A stretch of 64,000 nt of DNA from an uncultured Bacteroidales bacterium (lineage in GTDB: Bacteria; Bacteroidota; Bacteroidia; Bacteroidales; Paludibacteraceae). Numbering within the stretch: position 1 is the stretch's first letter; every line of letters begins with the position of its first letter. The stretch spans positions 17,173 through 81,172 of the forward strand of contig ONND01000008.1 of the NCBI GenBank assembly GCA_900319105.1, given 5' to 3'. The position numbers and the translations under genes are program-made. The notes below the pieces were generated by a model. It saw nothing but the letters and a program-made list of their open reading frames with translations. It had not been told where the DNA came from and did no database searches. Shown here in pieces: positions 9,330-19,422 of the stretch.

Positions 9330-9761
9330 TTATTGCCACATCGCATAAGGGAACTGCGCCAGCATGTCCGCCGCCTGATCAATTCCCTGCTGGAGTTTTT
9401 TCTCCACCATAAACTTAAACATAACGGGGATGTCCGCCTTGATGGTCAGTTTGATACGTGTATCCGTCGGACTGAGGCCTTTGAGCTGGATCCACATGTT
9501 CGCGTCCATCGGAATTCCCTCGACGCCGAACTTGACGGTATCATTCTCGATACGATCGACTATAGCAATGCTGATTTTTTGCGCCAAACCGTCCACTTTG
9601 ACCCGGACACGATCCGGCTCAATCTCCATTTCCTGTACTTTGTCCTTGGGGATCAAGTCCTTCACTTTCTCCAGGCTGCTCATGTCGCTGAGCACGCGGT
9701 ACACCTGCTCAATCGGACAGGGCGAAGAGGTAATTTTGCTCTCGTACTTACTTTCTGCCAT
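9330..9761 (-). CDS. hypothetical protein (possibly an SRPBCC/START-like fold)
   Basis: ORF trimmed to ATG 9761 (MAESKYESK...), 24 nt downstream of a consensus promoter. The fold assignment is a guess from size and pattern only. Confidence 0.5.
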   Translation of the reverse strand: MAESKYESKITSSPCPIEQVYRVLSDMSSLEKVKDLIPKDKVQEMEIEPDRVRVKVDGLAQKISIAIVDRIENDTVKFGVEGIPMDANMWIQLKGLSPTDTRIKLTIKADIPVMFKFMVEKKLQQGIDQAADMLAQFPYAMWQ

Positions 9762-9784
9762 ACTTACGCATTTTAATTTTGCTG

Positions 9785-9815
9785 CAAAGGTACAACAAAA
9801 ATTGCACATATGCAA
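9785..9815 (-). promoter_or_regulatory. sigma-A type promoter (-33 TTG / -7 TACCTTTG)
   Basis: The minus strand reads cTTGcatatgtgcaatttttgttgTACCTTTGc, with a 20-nt spacer. Confidence 0.7.
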
Positions 9816-9870
9816 GCGTTCCGGCATTTTTTATCCAATAAAATAGATTTTTATCTATAGAATGGGGCGC

Positions 9871-10812
9871 TTAGGTACGTAAAGGGTAATTTTTGCGGAG
9901 TATCTCGAACTGGTCGGGACGGGCTTTGAGAGCCTTAGAAACGCGCGCCAGCCATCCCGGAGCGGAATCACCTTGGGTTGCCCGGGATGCAGGGAGTACC
10001 ATCTTGGGGAGGCGGAAGGTATCAGCAATACAGTCCAAGCACATCTGCGTGGCGTTGCGTTTGCCTTGTTCGGAATAGCCGGCGATGTGCATAGATGCCA
10101 GACGGGCATGTGCCAGCACTGCAGTATCCATATCAGGCTCGTTCTCCCATGTATCCAAGATATAGGGATGCCCGCTACGGAGGAGCGCTTGCTCGTCCAC
10201 AACGCCTCCACGCGCAGCGTTAATAATGAGTGCATCAGGCTTGCAGTTGTTCAAGAAGGCCTCGTCGCAAAGATGGTAAGTAGGAAAATCTCCATGCCGG
10301 GTGAACGGTACATGGAAGGTAACAATATCGCTATTCTTTGCGATTTCATCGAGAGAATTTCCTATTCCTTTAGGTGGGTCATTAAGCAACACACGGAAAC
10401 CTTTTCGCTCCGCCATCTTCGCTACAAGACTTCCTACATGCCCAACTCCAACAATACCTATACATAGACCGCCTTCGGCTGTAAGATATTCGTTTATCGC
10501 TTCTTCGATATAATCGCAGACGGCCTGCGCATTACAACCGGGACAGGACATCCATTGTATGCCGTTTGCCTCGCAATAAGCGGTGTCAATATGGTCGAAA
10601 CCGATGGTAGCCGTACACACCAAGCGCACCTTGGATCCTCGCAGCAAAGACTCATCCACTTTGGTTCTCGTGCGTACGACGAGCACATCCGCCTCACGCA
10701 CTGCCGAATCATCGATTTCTTCCGGTTTCATCGGAAAAATATCGACACTCTGCCATGCGTTTTGAACCGCCTCTACGAGATAAGGGATATTGGAGTCAAG
10801 TACGATGGTCAT
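9871..10812 (-). CDS. pdxB: 4-phosphoerythronate dehydrogenase (D-2-hydroxyacid dehydrogenase family)
   Basis: GIVGVGHVGS NAD fold, INAARGGVVD and HIAGYS catalytic His context. Start trimmed to ATG 10812 (MTIVLDSNIPYL). Confidence 0.8.
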   Translation of the reverse strand: MTIVLDSNIPYLVEAVQNAWQSVDIFPMKPEEIDDSAVREADVLVVRTRTKVDESLLRGSKVRLVCTATIGFDHIDTAYCEANGIQWMSCPGCNAQAVCDYIEEAINEYLTAEGGLCIGIVGVGHVGSLVAKMAERKGFRVLLNDPPKGIGNSLDEIAKNSDIVTFHVPFTRHGDFPTYHLCDEAFLNNCKPDALIINAARGGVVDEQALLRSGHPYILDTWENEPDMDTAVLAHARLASMHIAGYSEQGKRNATQMCLDCIADTFRLPKMVLPASRATQGDSAPGWLARVSKALKARPDQFEILRKNYPLRT

Positions 10813-10840
10813 AGCTGACGGATGATGTACGAAAGACGAT

Positions 10841-11701
10841 TTAGTATTTGATGTTATCAATCAGGCGCACCGGACCGCAATAGACGGTAACACAGCCGAT
10901 GGCATGATCGAACGTGCTCGTCGGGAGTAAGGTTGTCTGATCCACGATCTCGTAATACTCCACTTCGAGTCCCTCGACCGCATTAATAGTATCAATCACC
11001 CGCTGCTGCACTTGCGCTACGGTCGCACCTTCTTCTTTCGCCCATTTCAACGAAGAAAAAAGCGTTTTTGAGATTGCCAATGCTGTCTCTTTTTCTTGCG
11101 CCGAGAGACGTTCGTTACGGCTGGAGAGTGCGAGACCGGATTCTTCGCGCACAATCGGACAATCGATGATTTGCAGATTACCGAATGTACCCGCCATCGA
11201 GCTCCGCTCCACCATATGATGGATGATCGCTAATTGTTGAAAATCTTTCTCTCCGAAATAGCCTTTATCGGGCTGAACAAGGTAGAAGAGCCTGCTGACG
11301 ACCTGTACCACTCCATTGAAATGCCCGGGACGCATCTTTCCCTCCATCACTTTGTCAAGGCCGGCAAAGTCAAACTCGAAGGTTGTATTCATCTCCTCGG
11401 CGGAATACATCTCCTCGGGCGTAGGAGCAAAGACATATTGTGCGCCGATAGAACTGAGCAATTCAGCGTCGCGCTCGATATTACGGGGATACTTCGCCAG
11501 ATCCTCTTTGTTGTTAAACTGCGTAGGGTTCACGAAGACCGAAACGACACAAATATCGTTCTCTTTCACTGCTCGTTTGACGAGCGATGCGTGCCCCTGA
11601 TGCAAGGCCCCCATAGTGGGTACCAAGCCAATCGTTTTGCCTGCCTTTTTGCACTCCTGCACGGCGGCCTGCAAATCCTGTTTTGTGGTGATAATTTTCA
11701 T
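10841..11701 (-). CDS. panC: pantoate--beta-alanine ligase
   Basis: GLVPTMGALHQGHASLV (HIGH-like motif) and FGEKDFQQ. Start trimmed to ATG 11701 (MKIITTKQDL). Confidence 0.93.
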   Translation of the reverse strand: MKIITTKQDLQAAVQECKKAGKTIGLVPTMGALHQGHASLVKRAVKENDICVVSVFVNPTQFNNKEDLAKYPRNIERDAELLSSIGAQYVFAPTPEEMYSAEEMNTTFEFDFAGLDKVMEGKMRPGHFNGVVQVVSRLFYLVQPDKGYFGEKDFQQLAIIHHMVERSSMAGTFGNLQIIDCPIVREESGLALSSRNERLSAQEKETALAISKTLFSSLKWAKEEGATVAQVQQRVIDTINAVEGLEVEYYEIVDQTTLLPTSTFDHAIGCVTVYCGPVRLIDNIKY

Positions 11702-11791
11702 ATATATTTCGTTATTTTTTCGAAAAAACATGCAAAGATAGTCAAAATTCCTCGAAAAATAAAATTTTTCGTCACTTTTTTTGTATTTTTT

Positions 11792-11822
11792 TTCGATATA
11801 TCAAATTTTTTTCGTACCTTTG
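11792..11822 (+). promoter_or_regulatory. probable promoter (-7 TACCTTTG, weak -33)
   Basis: TACCTTTG at 11815-11822. The -33 position reads TTTCG rather than TTTG. ATG is at 11847. Confidence 0.5.
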
Positions 11823-11846
11823 CAATGCGAAAAAGTGTATTTACCT

Positions 11847-12683
11847 ATGAAAGAGCCGAATCGTATCCTTTTTATCTCGCAGGAGATTAATCCTTACCTG
11901 GTAGAAGAGACCCCCATTCGATTGCTTAATCGTCAGCTGCCGGAGTACTTCCAGTCTCATGGATTTGAGACTCGTACGTTCATGCCTAAATTCGGTGAGA
12001 TCAACGAACGCCGGAATCAGTTACATGAGGTTATTCGTTTATCGGGCATGAATCTGATCATTGAGGAATCCGACCATCCGCTGTTAATCAAAGTAGCGTC
12101 CATTCAATCGGCGCGTATTCAGATTTATTTCATCGACAACGATGATCTTTTCCATCGTCGCAAGGGCGTGTGTGACGAGCATGGAGCGGAATACGCGGAC
12201 AATGATGACCGCGTGATCTTCTATGCGCGGGGTGTGATAGAGACGGTGAAGAAGCTCCGTTGGACACCGAATATCATTCTGTGCTCCGGATGGATGAGTG
12301 CGCTTGCTCCATTGTACTTAAAGAAAACATACAGCGACGAGCCTTTCTTCGCTAATTCGAAGATCGTGCTGATGCTGGATGACAATGAATATACCAAAGC
12401 TTTCCCCACTGCGTTTACGGACAAGTTGCGTATCGAGGGTATCAGCAATACGGATGTCCGCTCAATAGCAGGTTTCCCAGTCGGATACGAGGAACTGATG
12501 CGATTAGCGATTGATTTCTCCGATGCGGTTGTCTATGCCGCTCCGCAGGTGAACCAGCGCTTGGTAAACTACGCAGAGACGAAGGGTATTCCCACCCTGC
12601 CCTACAAGGCAACGGAGGACATTAACGAGACATGCAAACGCCAGTGGGAATTCTACCAGACTTTATTAGAGAGCAATGAATAA
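11847..12683 (+). CDS. glycogen/starch synthase-like protein (GT5 N-terminal domain only)
   Basis: 278 aa. ILFISQEINPY...TRTFMPKFGEINERRNQLHEVIRLSG resembles the short Bacteroidetes 'glycogen synthase'. Confidence 0.75.
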   Translation: MKEPNRILFISQEINPYLVEETPIRLLNRQLPEYFQSHGFETRTFMPKFGEINERRNQLHEVIRLSGMNLIIEESDHPLLIKVASIQSARIQIYFIDNDDLFHRRKGVCDEHGAEYADNDDRVIFYARGVIETVKKLRWTPNIILCSGWMSALAPLYLKKTYSDEPFFANSKIVLMLDDNEYTKAFPTAFTDKLRIEGISNTDVRSIAGFPVGYEELMRLAIDFSDAVVYAAPQVNQRLVNYAETKGIPTLPYKATEDINETCKRQWEFYQTLLESNE

Positions 12684-14154
12684 AAAGATTGCGTTTATTG
12701 GTTTTTTAGTCACTCTTGCCTGCTGCTGGACGGCCTGCAAGAATGATGTATCCAGTGCGGGTCAAGCCGTGCTGGATGACGACGATGCAGTGGTCGTATA
12801 TGTAGATACATTTCCCCTGACCTCCGGTATTGACAGTTGTGCGGCAATTATCTCACAGGCGGACTCGTTCCTGTTAGGCGAGATTGAAACCGACTACGGC
12901 TTGCTGCGCAGCGCTATCCTGACGCAGTTAGCCTGCCCAACGGGCTATCGCTATCCGGCAAATGCCGAGGTGGACTCTATCTGCCTGTTCATGTATTACG
13001 GCTCCTGGATAGGTGATCCGAAATCGCCGCTCGCTATCAATGCGTATTTGATGGATAAAAAGACGTTTAACTACACCGGTACGTATCCCACGGATCTGAA
13101 TATCGATGATTATTTTATCGATCCGCAAAACAAAATGCCGGTGCTCGCCAACTACAGTATCGTCGTAGCCTCCGAGAAACTGGACTCTATCATGAATGAC
13201 GAGGGCGTTTATATCCCTGCGCTGCGCATGAAGGTGAATGATGATTTCCGGGATTATTTCTGGGGTATCAAATCCTTTACTGATCAAGACGATTTCAATC
13301 AGAAATTCAAGGGTCTGTTGATTGAGTCTTCGTTCGGTTCCTCCACGATGCTCAATATATCCGATATCGCGCTGGGTGTATTCTATCATTTCAAGTATGA
13401 GCGCATCCCCGGCGATCCGACATCGGATACAACGGTCCATGACATGAAAGCGTTCTACGCCAACTCAGAGGTTCGTACGGTGAACCACTTGGCTTATCCG
13501 GACAAGAAAGAATGGATCGACCGTCTCAAACAGGACTCCGACACCTATAATTATATTATCGCACCCGCGGGCGCGTACACGCGTATCTCCTTCCCGATGG
13601 GACGCATCTCGGACTCGATCATGCAGCACATGGTAGATACTTTTGCCGGCCTCGAGGTGCAGACCAAGCAGCCTTATGTCAATAAGGCGGAGGTGCGTAT
13701 CACGGTGACGAACAAATACGCGGGCTCCACCGCCAACATGACACGTAATGAATGGCTGCAGCCCTCTCAATACATGCTGCTGATCCGCGAATCGAGCATG
13801 AAGCGTTTCTTCGAGAACAAGGAGCTTCCTTCCGATACCTGCGCGCTACTCAGTCCTCTTGTGCAGACCACCGATTCCGCCGGAAATGCAATCTATTACT
13901 ACACCTTTGATATGTCGGATTTCCTGCTCAACCAGTTGCGCAACCAGTTACGCAGTGAGATGAACGGTTATGACCTGAAGATGATGCTCGTACCGGTGAG
14001 TGTGAATATCGCCTCGACCGAGGTCAGCAACTCCACCTATTCTGCCGTGAAGCAGCTTCAGACGATGTCAGCCACCCAAATCAAATCGGCGAAGAACGGG
14101 ATGAAATTCGAGATCGTCTATAGCGGGTTCTCGCTACCGTCGTTCACGGATTAG
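12676..14154 (+). CDS. lipoprotein, DUF4270-like
   Basis: Lipobox LACCWTAC. The start overlaps the upstream gene by 8 nt. I recall the position after the short glycogen synthase being typical for DUF4270, but I have not verified this. Confidence 0.55.
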   Translation: MNKKIAFIGFLVTLACCWTACKNDVSSAGQAVLDDDDAVVVYVDTFPLTSGIDSCAAIISQADSFLLGEIETDYGLLRSAILTQLACPTGYRYPANAEVDSICLFMYYGSWIGDPKSPLAINAYLMDKKTFNYTGTYPTDLNIDDYFIDPQNKMPVLANYSIVVASEKLDSIMNDEGVYIPALRMKVNDDFRDYFWGIKSFTDQDDFNQKFKGLLIESSFGSSTMLNISDIALGVFYHFKYERIPGDPTSDTTVHDMKAFYANSEVRTVNHLAYPDKKEWIDRLKQDSDTYNYIIAPAGAYTRISFPMGRISDSIMQHMVDTFAGLEVQTKQPYVNKAEVRITVTNKYAGSTANMTRNEWLQPSQYMLLIRESSMKRFFENKELPSDTCALLSPLVQTTDSAGNAIYYYTFDMSDFLLNQLRNQLRSEMNGYDLKMMLVPVSVNIASTEVSNSTYSAVKQLQTMSATQIKSAKNGMKFEIVYSGFSLPSFTD

Positions 14155-14169
14155 AAACGAACAAGATAT

Positions 14170-14198
14170 AAAAAAACGCGGCTCAAACCGCGTTTTTT
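14170..14198. terminator. bidirectional rho-independent terminator
   Basis: aaaaaaACGCGGctcaaaCCGCGTtttttt lies between the convergent DUF4270-like gene and clpX. Confidence 0.8.
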
Positions 14199-15451
14199 AA
14201 TTGTGTCAATTTCTCTATCCTGAGTTTCTCTTCTACAAAAGCTTTGGTCACGGTGAAGGTCATGGTTTTACCCACCTGCTTCTTATTGGGCAGCTCGTAC
14301 ATGATATCCGTCATGACGGTTTCCATCAATCCGCGCAAACCGCGTGCACCGAGTTTGTACTCCAGTGCTTTATCCACGATATAATCCAGCGCATCGTCAT
14401 CAAACGTGAGTGCTACATTATCCATGGCAAGCAGTTTCTTATACTGCTTCGTCAGTGCGTTCTTGGGCTCCGTAAGGATGTTACGCAATGCTTCGCGGTT
14501 AAGCGGATGGAGATAGGTGAGCACCGGCAGACGACCGATGATCTCGGGAATCAAGCCAAAGGACTTGAGATCTTGGGGCGCAATGTATTGCAGAAGGTTG
14601 TTCTTGTCCACCGATGCAGCCTGCTGCTGCGCCGCGAAACCGACCACCTGCGTATTCATGCGCTGCGATATCTTACGCTCAATGCCGTCAAAAGCCCCTC
14701 CGCAGATGAAGAGTATATTCTTGGTATCCACGTGTATATACTCCTGATCCGGATGTTTGCGCCCTCCTTGCGGCGGCACGTTGACAACGGAGCCTTCCAG
14801 CATCTTCAGCAGCGACTGCTGTACGCCTTCACCACTTACGTCACGGGTGATAGAGGGGTTCTCCGACTTACGGGCAATCTTGTCAATCTCGTCGATGAAG
14901 ACAATTCCTCTCTCGGCTTTCTTGACATCGTAGTCCGAGTCCTGAAGGAGACGGACGAGGATAGACTCCACGTCTTCTCCTACATAGCCGGCCTGGGTGA
15001 GGGAAGTGGCATCGCCGATGGCGAAAGGCACTTTGAGCATCTTGGCGATGGTACGCGCCAGAAGGGTTTTTCCCGTACCTGTCGAACCGACCAGCAGGAT
15101 ATTGCTCTTCTCTATCTCCACATCATCATTGGTAACCTCCTGGAGCACCCGTTTATAGTGGTTATACACCGCCACGGAGAGGAAGCGTTTGGCTTCGTCC
15201 TGCCCTACGACATACTGGTCAAGAAAGTCCTTCATCTGCTGAGGCGTAGGCAGTTCCTCCTTGCTCAAAGTATCCTGTGCGGCAGCCTGCGCAGCCTGTT
15301 TGGCTTTCTCCGCCTCCAGAAACGAATGACCGGTCTCGATACAATTATGACAGATCCATACCCCGTCATAATACGTACTCGAAAACAACTGGGAGAGCGG
15401 TTTCTGCTCGTTACAGAAGAGGCACAGCCCTTTATCCTTATTCTTCGCCAT
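14183..15451 (-). CDS. clpX: ATP-dependent Clp protease ATP-binding subunit ClpX
   Basis: N-terminal zinc finger CLFCN...CHNC, Walker A GSTGTGKT, Walker [10 protein letters not shown]. Confidence 0.97.
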   Translation of the reverse strand: MAKNKDKGLCLFCNEQKPLSQLFSSTYYDGVWICHNCIETGHSFLEAEKAKQAAQAAAQDTLSKEELPTPQQMKDFLDQYVVGQDEAKRFLSVAVYNHYKRVLQEVTNDDVEIEKSNILLVGSTGTGKTLLARTIAKMLKVPFAIGDATSLTQAGYVGEDVESILVRLLQDSDYDVKKAERGIVFIDEIDKIARKSENPSITRDVSGEGVQQSLLKMLEGSVVNVPPQGGRKHPDQEYIHVDTKNILFICGGAFDGIERKISQRMNTQVVGFAAQQQAASVDKNNLLQYIAPQDLKSFGLIPEIIGRLPVLTYLHPLNREALRNILTEPKNALTKQYKKLLAMDNVALTFDDDALDYIVDKALEYKLGARGLRGLMETVMTDIMYELPNKKQVGKTMTFTVTKAFVEEKLRIEKLTQLKNAV

Positions 15452-16137
15452 TACCCTTTATGCGTATAGACCTTGTCAATCATTCCGTACTCGAGCGCCT
15501 CGGCGGCAGTCATCCAGTGGTCGCGGTCTGCGTCCTGACGGATCTGCTCCATTGATTTGCCGGATTTATCGGAGATGATCTGATAGAGTTCATCTTTGAG
15601 TTTGAGAATCTCCTTGGCCGTTATCTCGATATCACTGGCTTGGCCCTGGATACCACCAAGAGGCTGATGGATCATGACACGACTATGGGGCAGCGCAGCA
15701 CGCATTCCCTTCTCTCCGGCCACGAGCAACACCGCTCCCATCGAAGCAGCCAGGCCGGTGCAGATAGTAGCCACTTTAGCCTTGACAAACTGCATCGTGT
15801 CATAGATACCCAATCCGGCATAAACCGAACCGCCCGGCGTATTGAGATAGAGATTGATATCGCGCTCGCTATCCACCGAGTCCAGATAGAGCAGTTGAGC
15901 CTGGATCACATTGGCTGTGTAGTCGTTCACCTCTGTACCGAGGAAGATGACACGATCCATCATCAAGCGGCTGAACACATCCATCTGGGTTACGTTCAAT
16001 TGACGCTCCTCCAGAATCGTAGGCGAGATATAGCCGCCGCTCGCGCGGGTCTGATCCATACTACGAGACATTACTTTCTCGACATGCATGGAGTTCAAAC
16101 CCTGCGAAGCAGCAAATTTCAGAAAATCATTGGACAT
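15451..16137 (-). CDS. clpP: ATP-dependent Clp protease proteolytic subunit
   Basis: [12 protein letters not shown] and [11 protein letters not shown] (catalytic Ser) and MIHQPLGG (His). The track start at 16146 is TTG, so I prefer ATG 16137. The stop overlaps the clpX ATG (TAATG). Confidence 0.93.
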   Translation of the reverse strand: MSNDFLKFAASQGLNSMHVEKVMSRSMDQTRASGGYISPTILEERQLNVTQMDVFSRLMMDRVIFLGTEVNDYTANVIQAQLLYLDSVDSERDINLYLNTPGGSVYAGLGIYDTMQFVKAKVATICTGLAASMGAVLLVAGEKGMRAALPHSRVMIHQPLGGIQGQASDIEITAKEILKLKDELYQIISDKSGKSMEQIRQDADRDHWMTAAEALEYGMIDKVYTHKG

Positions 16138-16165
16138 AAATGTCAAATTTCAAATCTCAAATTTC
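16138..16165. repeat. period-7 array (AAATYTC x4)
   Basis: aaatgtc aaatttc aaatctc aaatttc. Fills the secDF-clpP gap. It is the reverse-complement family of the GATTTGA array at 6326. Confidence 0.85.
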
Positions 16166-16168
16166 GAG

Positions 16169-19100
16169 TTATTTTTTCTCAGCTTTCGCTTCAGCGCGTT
16201 TTGCCTGTGACATCTGGATGTCATAAGCGATCGGCGAAGCGATGAACAGAGATGACCATGTACCTACGATCACACCCATAAGGAGTGCAAATACGAATCC
16301 CTGAATAGTCTCACCACCGAATACGAAGATCGCCAACAATACCACGAATGTGGACATAGAGGTCGAGAACGTACGGCTCAGTGTATTATTCAAGGCGTCG
16401 TTGATATTCACTTTCTTCTCGCGTTTCGGATAGAGGTTATTGTACTCACGAATGCGGTCGAAAATAACCACAGTGTCGTTGATCGAATAACCGATAACGG
16501 TCAGGATAGCCGCGATGAAGGCTTGGTCGATCTCCATGGAGAAAGGCATGATCTTCCAGAGGATCGCGTAGAGACCAAGGATGATCACTGTATCGTGCGC
16601 CAGAGCTACCAATGCACCTACCGAGTAAGCGAAGTTGCGGAAACGGATGAGGATATAGAGGAAGATCACAACAAGCGCAGCGAGCACAGCCCAGATAGCG
16701 CTGGTAGTGATATCATCAGCGATAGCCGGACCTACTTTCTGGCTGGACATGATACCTACGTTGGCATTCGACTCCGTAGAGTGGAAGTCCTCGAAGGTGA
16801 TGTCTTCGCCGAGGAACGGCTTGCATCCCTCGTAGAGCAGACCCTCGATATACTCGTCCGCCTCGGCGTTGTCCTCGTGGATACGGTAGTTGGTGGAGAT
16901 ACGAACCTGGTTGGCGTCGTTACCATAGGTGATGACATTCAGTGAGAAGGTCTCGTCGCCCTCCAGGGTAGCCTTGAAGGTATTCTCCAGACTCTCGCGT
17001 ACCTCCTGGGTATTGATGTTATTATCGAAACGAACGACATAGTTACGTCCACCGGAGAAGTCGATACCGAGGTTCAGTTTACCGAAAATATGCGGTTCCA
17101 GACCTAAAATAGCGAAGATCACCAGCGCACCGGAGAGGCAGTACGCCCACTTGCGTGCAGCCACGAAATCGAAGTGCATGTTTTGGAGGAAGTTCTTCAT
17201 CAGTTTGGTGGTGAAGCTCAGTTCCTTAGCATTCTCACGGTTAGCGTAGTCCTCAAGCAGCAGACGGGTGATGAACACAGCGGTGAGGAACGAAGAAACG
17301 ATACCGATCATGTAGGTAACAGCGAAGCCCTTAATAGGACCTGTACCGAAGATAGCCAGGATAGCACCGGTGAGGAACGAGGTTACGTTCGCATCCACAA
17401 TAGCGCTGATGGCACCCTTGAAACCATCCTCAATAGCCTTACGCATACCCTTACCGGCACGCAACTCCTCGCGGATACGCTCGTAAATCAGCACGTTACC
17501 ATCGACGGCACAACCCATCGTCAGCACGATACCGGCAATACCCGGCAGCGTCAATACGGCGCTGAACGAAGCGAGGATACCCAAGAGCAGGAAGACGTTA
17601 CAAACGAGTGCTGCATCGGCGATGAGACCCGGGATCCAGCCATAGTAGAAAATCATATAGATCAGGATGAGGCAGAAACCCAGTACGAAGGACCAGAGAC
17701 CCGACTGAATAGCCTCGCGACCCAGCGACGGACCTACTACGCTCTCCTCGATGATGCGGGCAGGAGCCGGCATCTTACCGGATTTAAGGGTGTTCGCCAA
17801 GTCTTTTGCCTCTTCTACGGTAAAGTTACCGGTGATCTGGCTGTTACCGCCTGCGATCTCGGTCTGTACGGTCGGGAAGGAATATACATATCCGTCGAGC
17901 ACGATAGCTACCGACTTACCGATATTATCTTTGGTCAGACGCTGCCAGGTCTTAGCTCCCTCGGCATTCATCGACATCGATACATTGGCGTATGCGCTGA
18001 GTTGCGAGAAATCCGCACGAGCGTCAGTGATCACATCTCCCTCAAGGGAAGCACGACCGTCACGCTGTGCCTTAAGCGCTACGAGCTGATAGTATGCACC
18101 TGCCTCGTCAATGGCTTTTACCGTCCAGTAGAAACGTGCGTCACGCGGGAGTACAGCCTTGGCGATCTGCGAGTTGAGCATAGCGTTCACTTTTGCGGTG
18201 TCCACGTAGTGAACCGTACCGATTACCGGGCCGCGGTATGCCTGACCGGCCTGATTGATGGACGGGTTGAGGATGGCAAAGAGCGGGTTGTTCTTCTTGT
18301 ACTCAGCGATCTGTGCCTCCTGGTCGGCCTCTGCCGTTGCAGCGGAATCGCCCAGCAACTCTGCAAGATCGTCGTTCTCTGCCTTCGGTGCCTCTTCTGC
18401 CTTCGGTGCCTCAGCAACCTCTGCTGCTTTTGCCTCTTCGCCAGCCTCAGCTACGTTCGTAGCAGCGAACTCACGGTTGATCTGAGCCAGCATCGGAAGA
18501 AGATCGGAAGCCTCGTACGTCTCCCAGAACTCGAGGTTAGCAGAACCCTGGAGCAGTTTACGAACACGCTCCGGCTCTTTGATACCCGGGAGCTCAATCA
18601 GAATACGCCCCGGCTGAGCAAGTTTCTGGATGTTCGGCTGAACAACACCGAAACGGTCGATACGCGTACGGAGCACGTTGAAGGAGTTCTGGATAGCGCC
18701 GTCCACCTCTTCGCGGATCACTTTCTCCACCTCGGCATTCGTCGAGTTAAGCGTCACTTTGTCCTTGAGCTCGAAAGTAGAGAAGATAGTAGCCAACTGG
18801 CCTTCGGGATCAATCTCCTTGTACGACTCGATGAAGAGCGTAACGAAATCGGCTCCGCTGGCTTTTTGTTTTTGTTTCGCTGCAGCGAGTGCTGCTTTGT
18901 AGTTCGGCGTCTCGTTGTGACCGCTGAGGGCGTCCAGAATGTCCGGAACAGAAACCTCCATCGTCACGTTCATACCGCCCTTGAGGTCCAGACCGAGGTT
19001 AATCTCTTTCTCTCGGCACTCCTTGAGGGTATAACCACACCAAACTTTCTTGGCAGCAATCGAGTCCAAATACTGATACTCTTTAACTGCATCACCTGCC

Positions 19101-19216
19101 GCATACTTTTTAGCAGCCTTGTCATAATGGCTGGTTACGAGCGAAAACGACAGGTAAAAGGCGCATACCAACGCAAGGCATGCCGCCAATGTTCTAACAA
19201 GTCCTTTGTTTTGCAT
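16169..19216 (-). CDS. secDF: protein translocase subunit SecDF (fused)
   Basis: 1015 aa. Large periplasmic domain and two 6-TM blocks. The fusion is typical of Bacteroidetes. Confidence 0.95.
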   Translation of the reverse strand: MQNKGLVRTLAACLALVCAFYLSFSLVTSHYDKAAKKYAAGDAVKEYQYLDSIAAKKVWCGYTLKECREKEINLGLDLKGGMNVTMEVSVPDILDALSGHNETPNYKAALAAAKQKQKASGADFVTLFIESYKEIDPEGQLATIFSTFELKDKVTLNSTNAEVEKVIREEVDGAIQNSFNVLRTRIDRFGVVQPNIQKLAQPGRILIELPGIKEPERVRKLLQGSANLEFWETYEASDLLPMLAQINREFAATNVAEAGEEAKAAEVAEAPKAEEAPKAENDDLAELLGDSAATAEADQEAQIAEYKKNNPLFAILNPSINQAGQAYRGPVIGTVHYVDTAKVNAMLNSQIAKAVLPRDARFYWTVKAIDEAGAYYQLVALKAQRDGRASLEGDVITDARADFSQLSAYANVSMSMNAEGAKTWQRLTKDNIGKSVAIVLDGYVYSFPTVQTEIAGGNSQITGNFTVEEAKDLANTLKSGKMPAPARIIEESVVGPSLGREAIQSGLWSFVLGFCLILIYMIFYYGWIPGLIADAALVCNVFLLLGILASFSAVLTLPGIAGIVLTMGCAVDGNVLIYERIREELRAGKGMRKAIEDGFKGAISAIVDANVTSFLTGAILAIFGTGPIKGFAVTYMIGIVSSFLTAVFITRLLLEDYANRENAKELSFTTKLMKNFLQNMHFDFVAARKWAYCLSGALVIFAILGLEPHIFGKLNLGIDFSGGRNYVVRFDNNINTQEVRESLENTFKATLEGDETFSLNVITYGNDANQVRISTNYRIHEDNAEADEYIEGLLYEGCKPFLGEDITFEDFHSTESNANVGIMSSQKVGPAIADDITTSAIWAVLAALVVIFLYILIRFRNFAYSVGALVALAHDTVIILGLYAILWKIMPFSMEIDQAFIAAILTVIGYSINDTVVIFDRIREYNNLYPKREKKVNINDALNNTLSRTFSTSMSTFVVLLAIFVFGGETIQGFVFALLMGVIVGTWSSLFIASPIAYDIQMSQAKRAEAKAEKK

Positions 19217-19309
19217 AATTGATTTTTGTTATTTGTTATTATTAATTTTATGCATGGTTTTTCGCATGTACGCATCGCCTATCTACGCGCACGACACACA
19301 AAAAGTGCG

Positions 19310-19340
19310 CAAAGGTACAAAAAAAAAATGACATGTGCAA
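19310..19340 (-). promoter_or_regulatory. sigma-A type promoter for secDF
   Basis: The minus strand reads TTG-N20-TACCTTTG, about 95 nt upstream of ATG 19216. Confidence 0.65.
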
Positions 19341-19422
19341 ATACAAATGTCACTTTTTTTCGATTTTCATACATTTCGGGCCGTTTCAGACCTGATTTAT
19401 GCTATTTTTTGCTTCTTTTCTT

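Noticed and set aside
14201-15469. 422-aa ORF on the plus strand that exactly mirrors clpX
   Set aside because: This is a shadow ORF antisense to a gene with unambiguous ClpX motifs. Its protein is low complexity (rich in Leu/Arg/His/Gln) with no recognisable motif.
17174-19222. 682-aa ORF antisense to secDF
   Set aside because: Antisense shadow of a clearly identified SecDF. The composition (Arg/Leu/Val-rich, many Cys) is typical of non-coding frames opposite GC3-biased genes.
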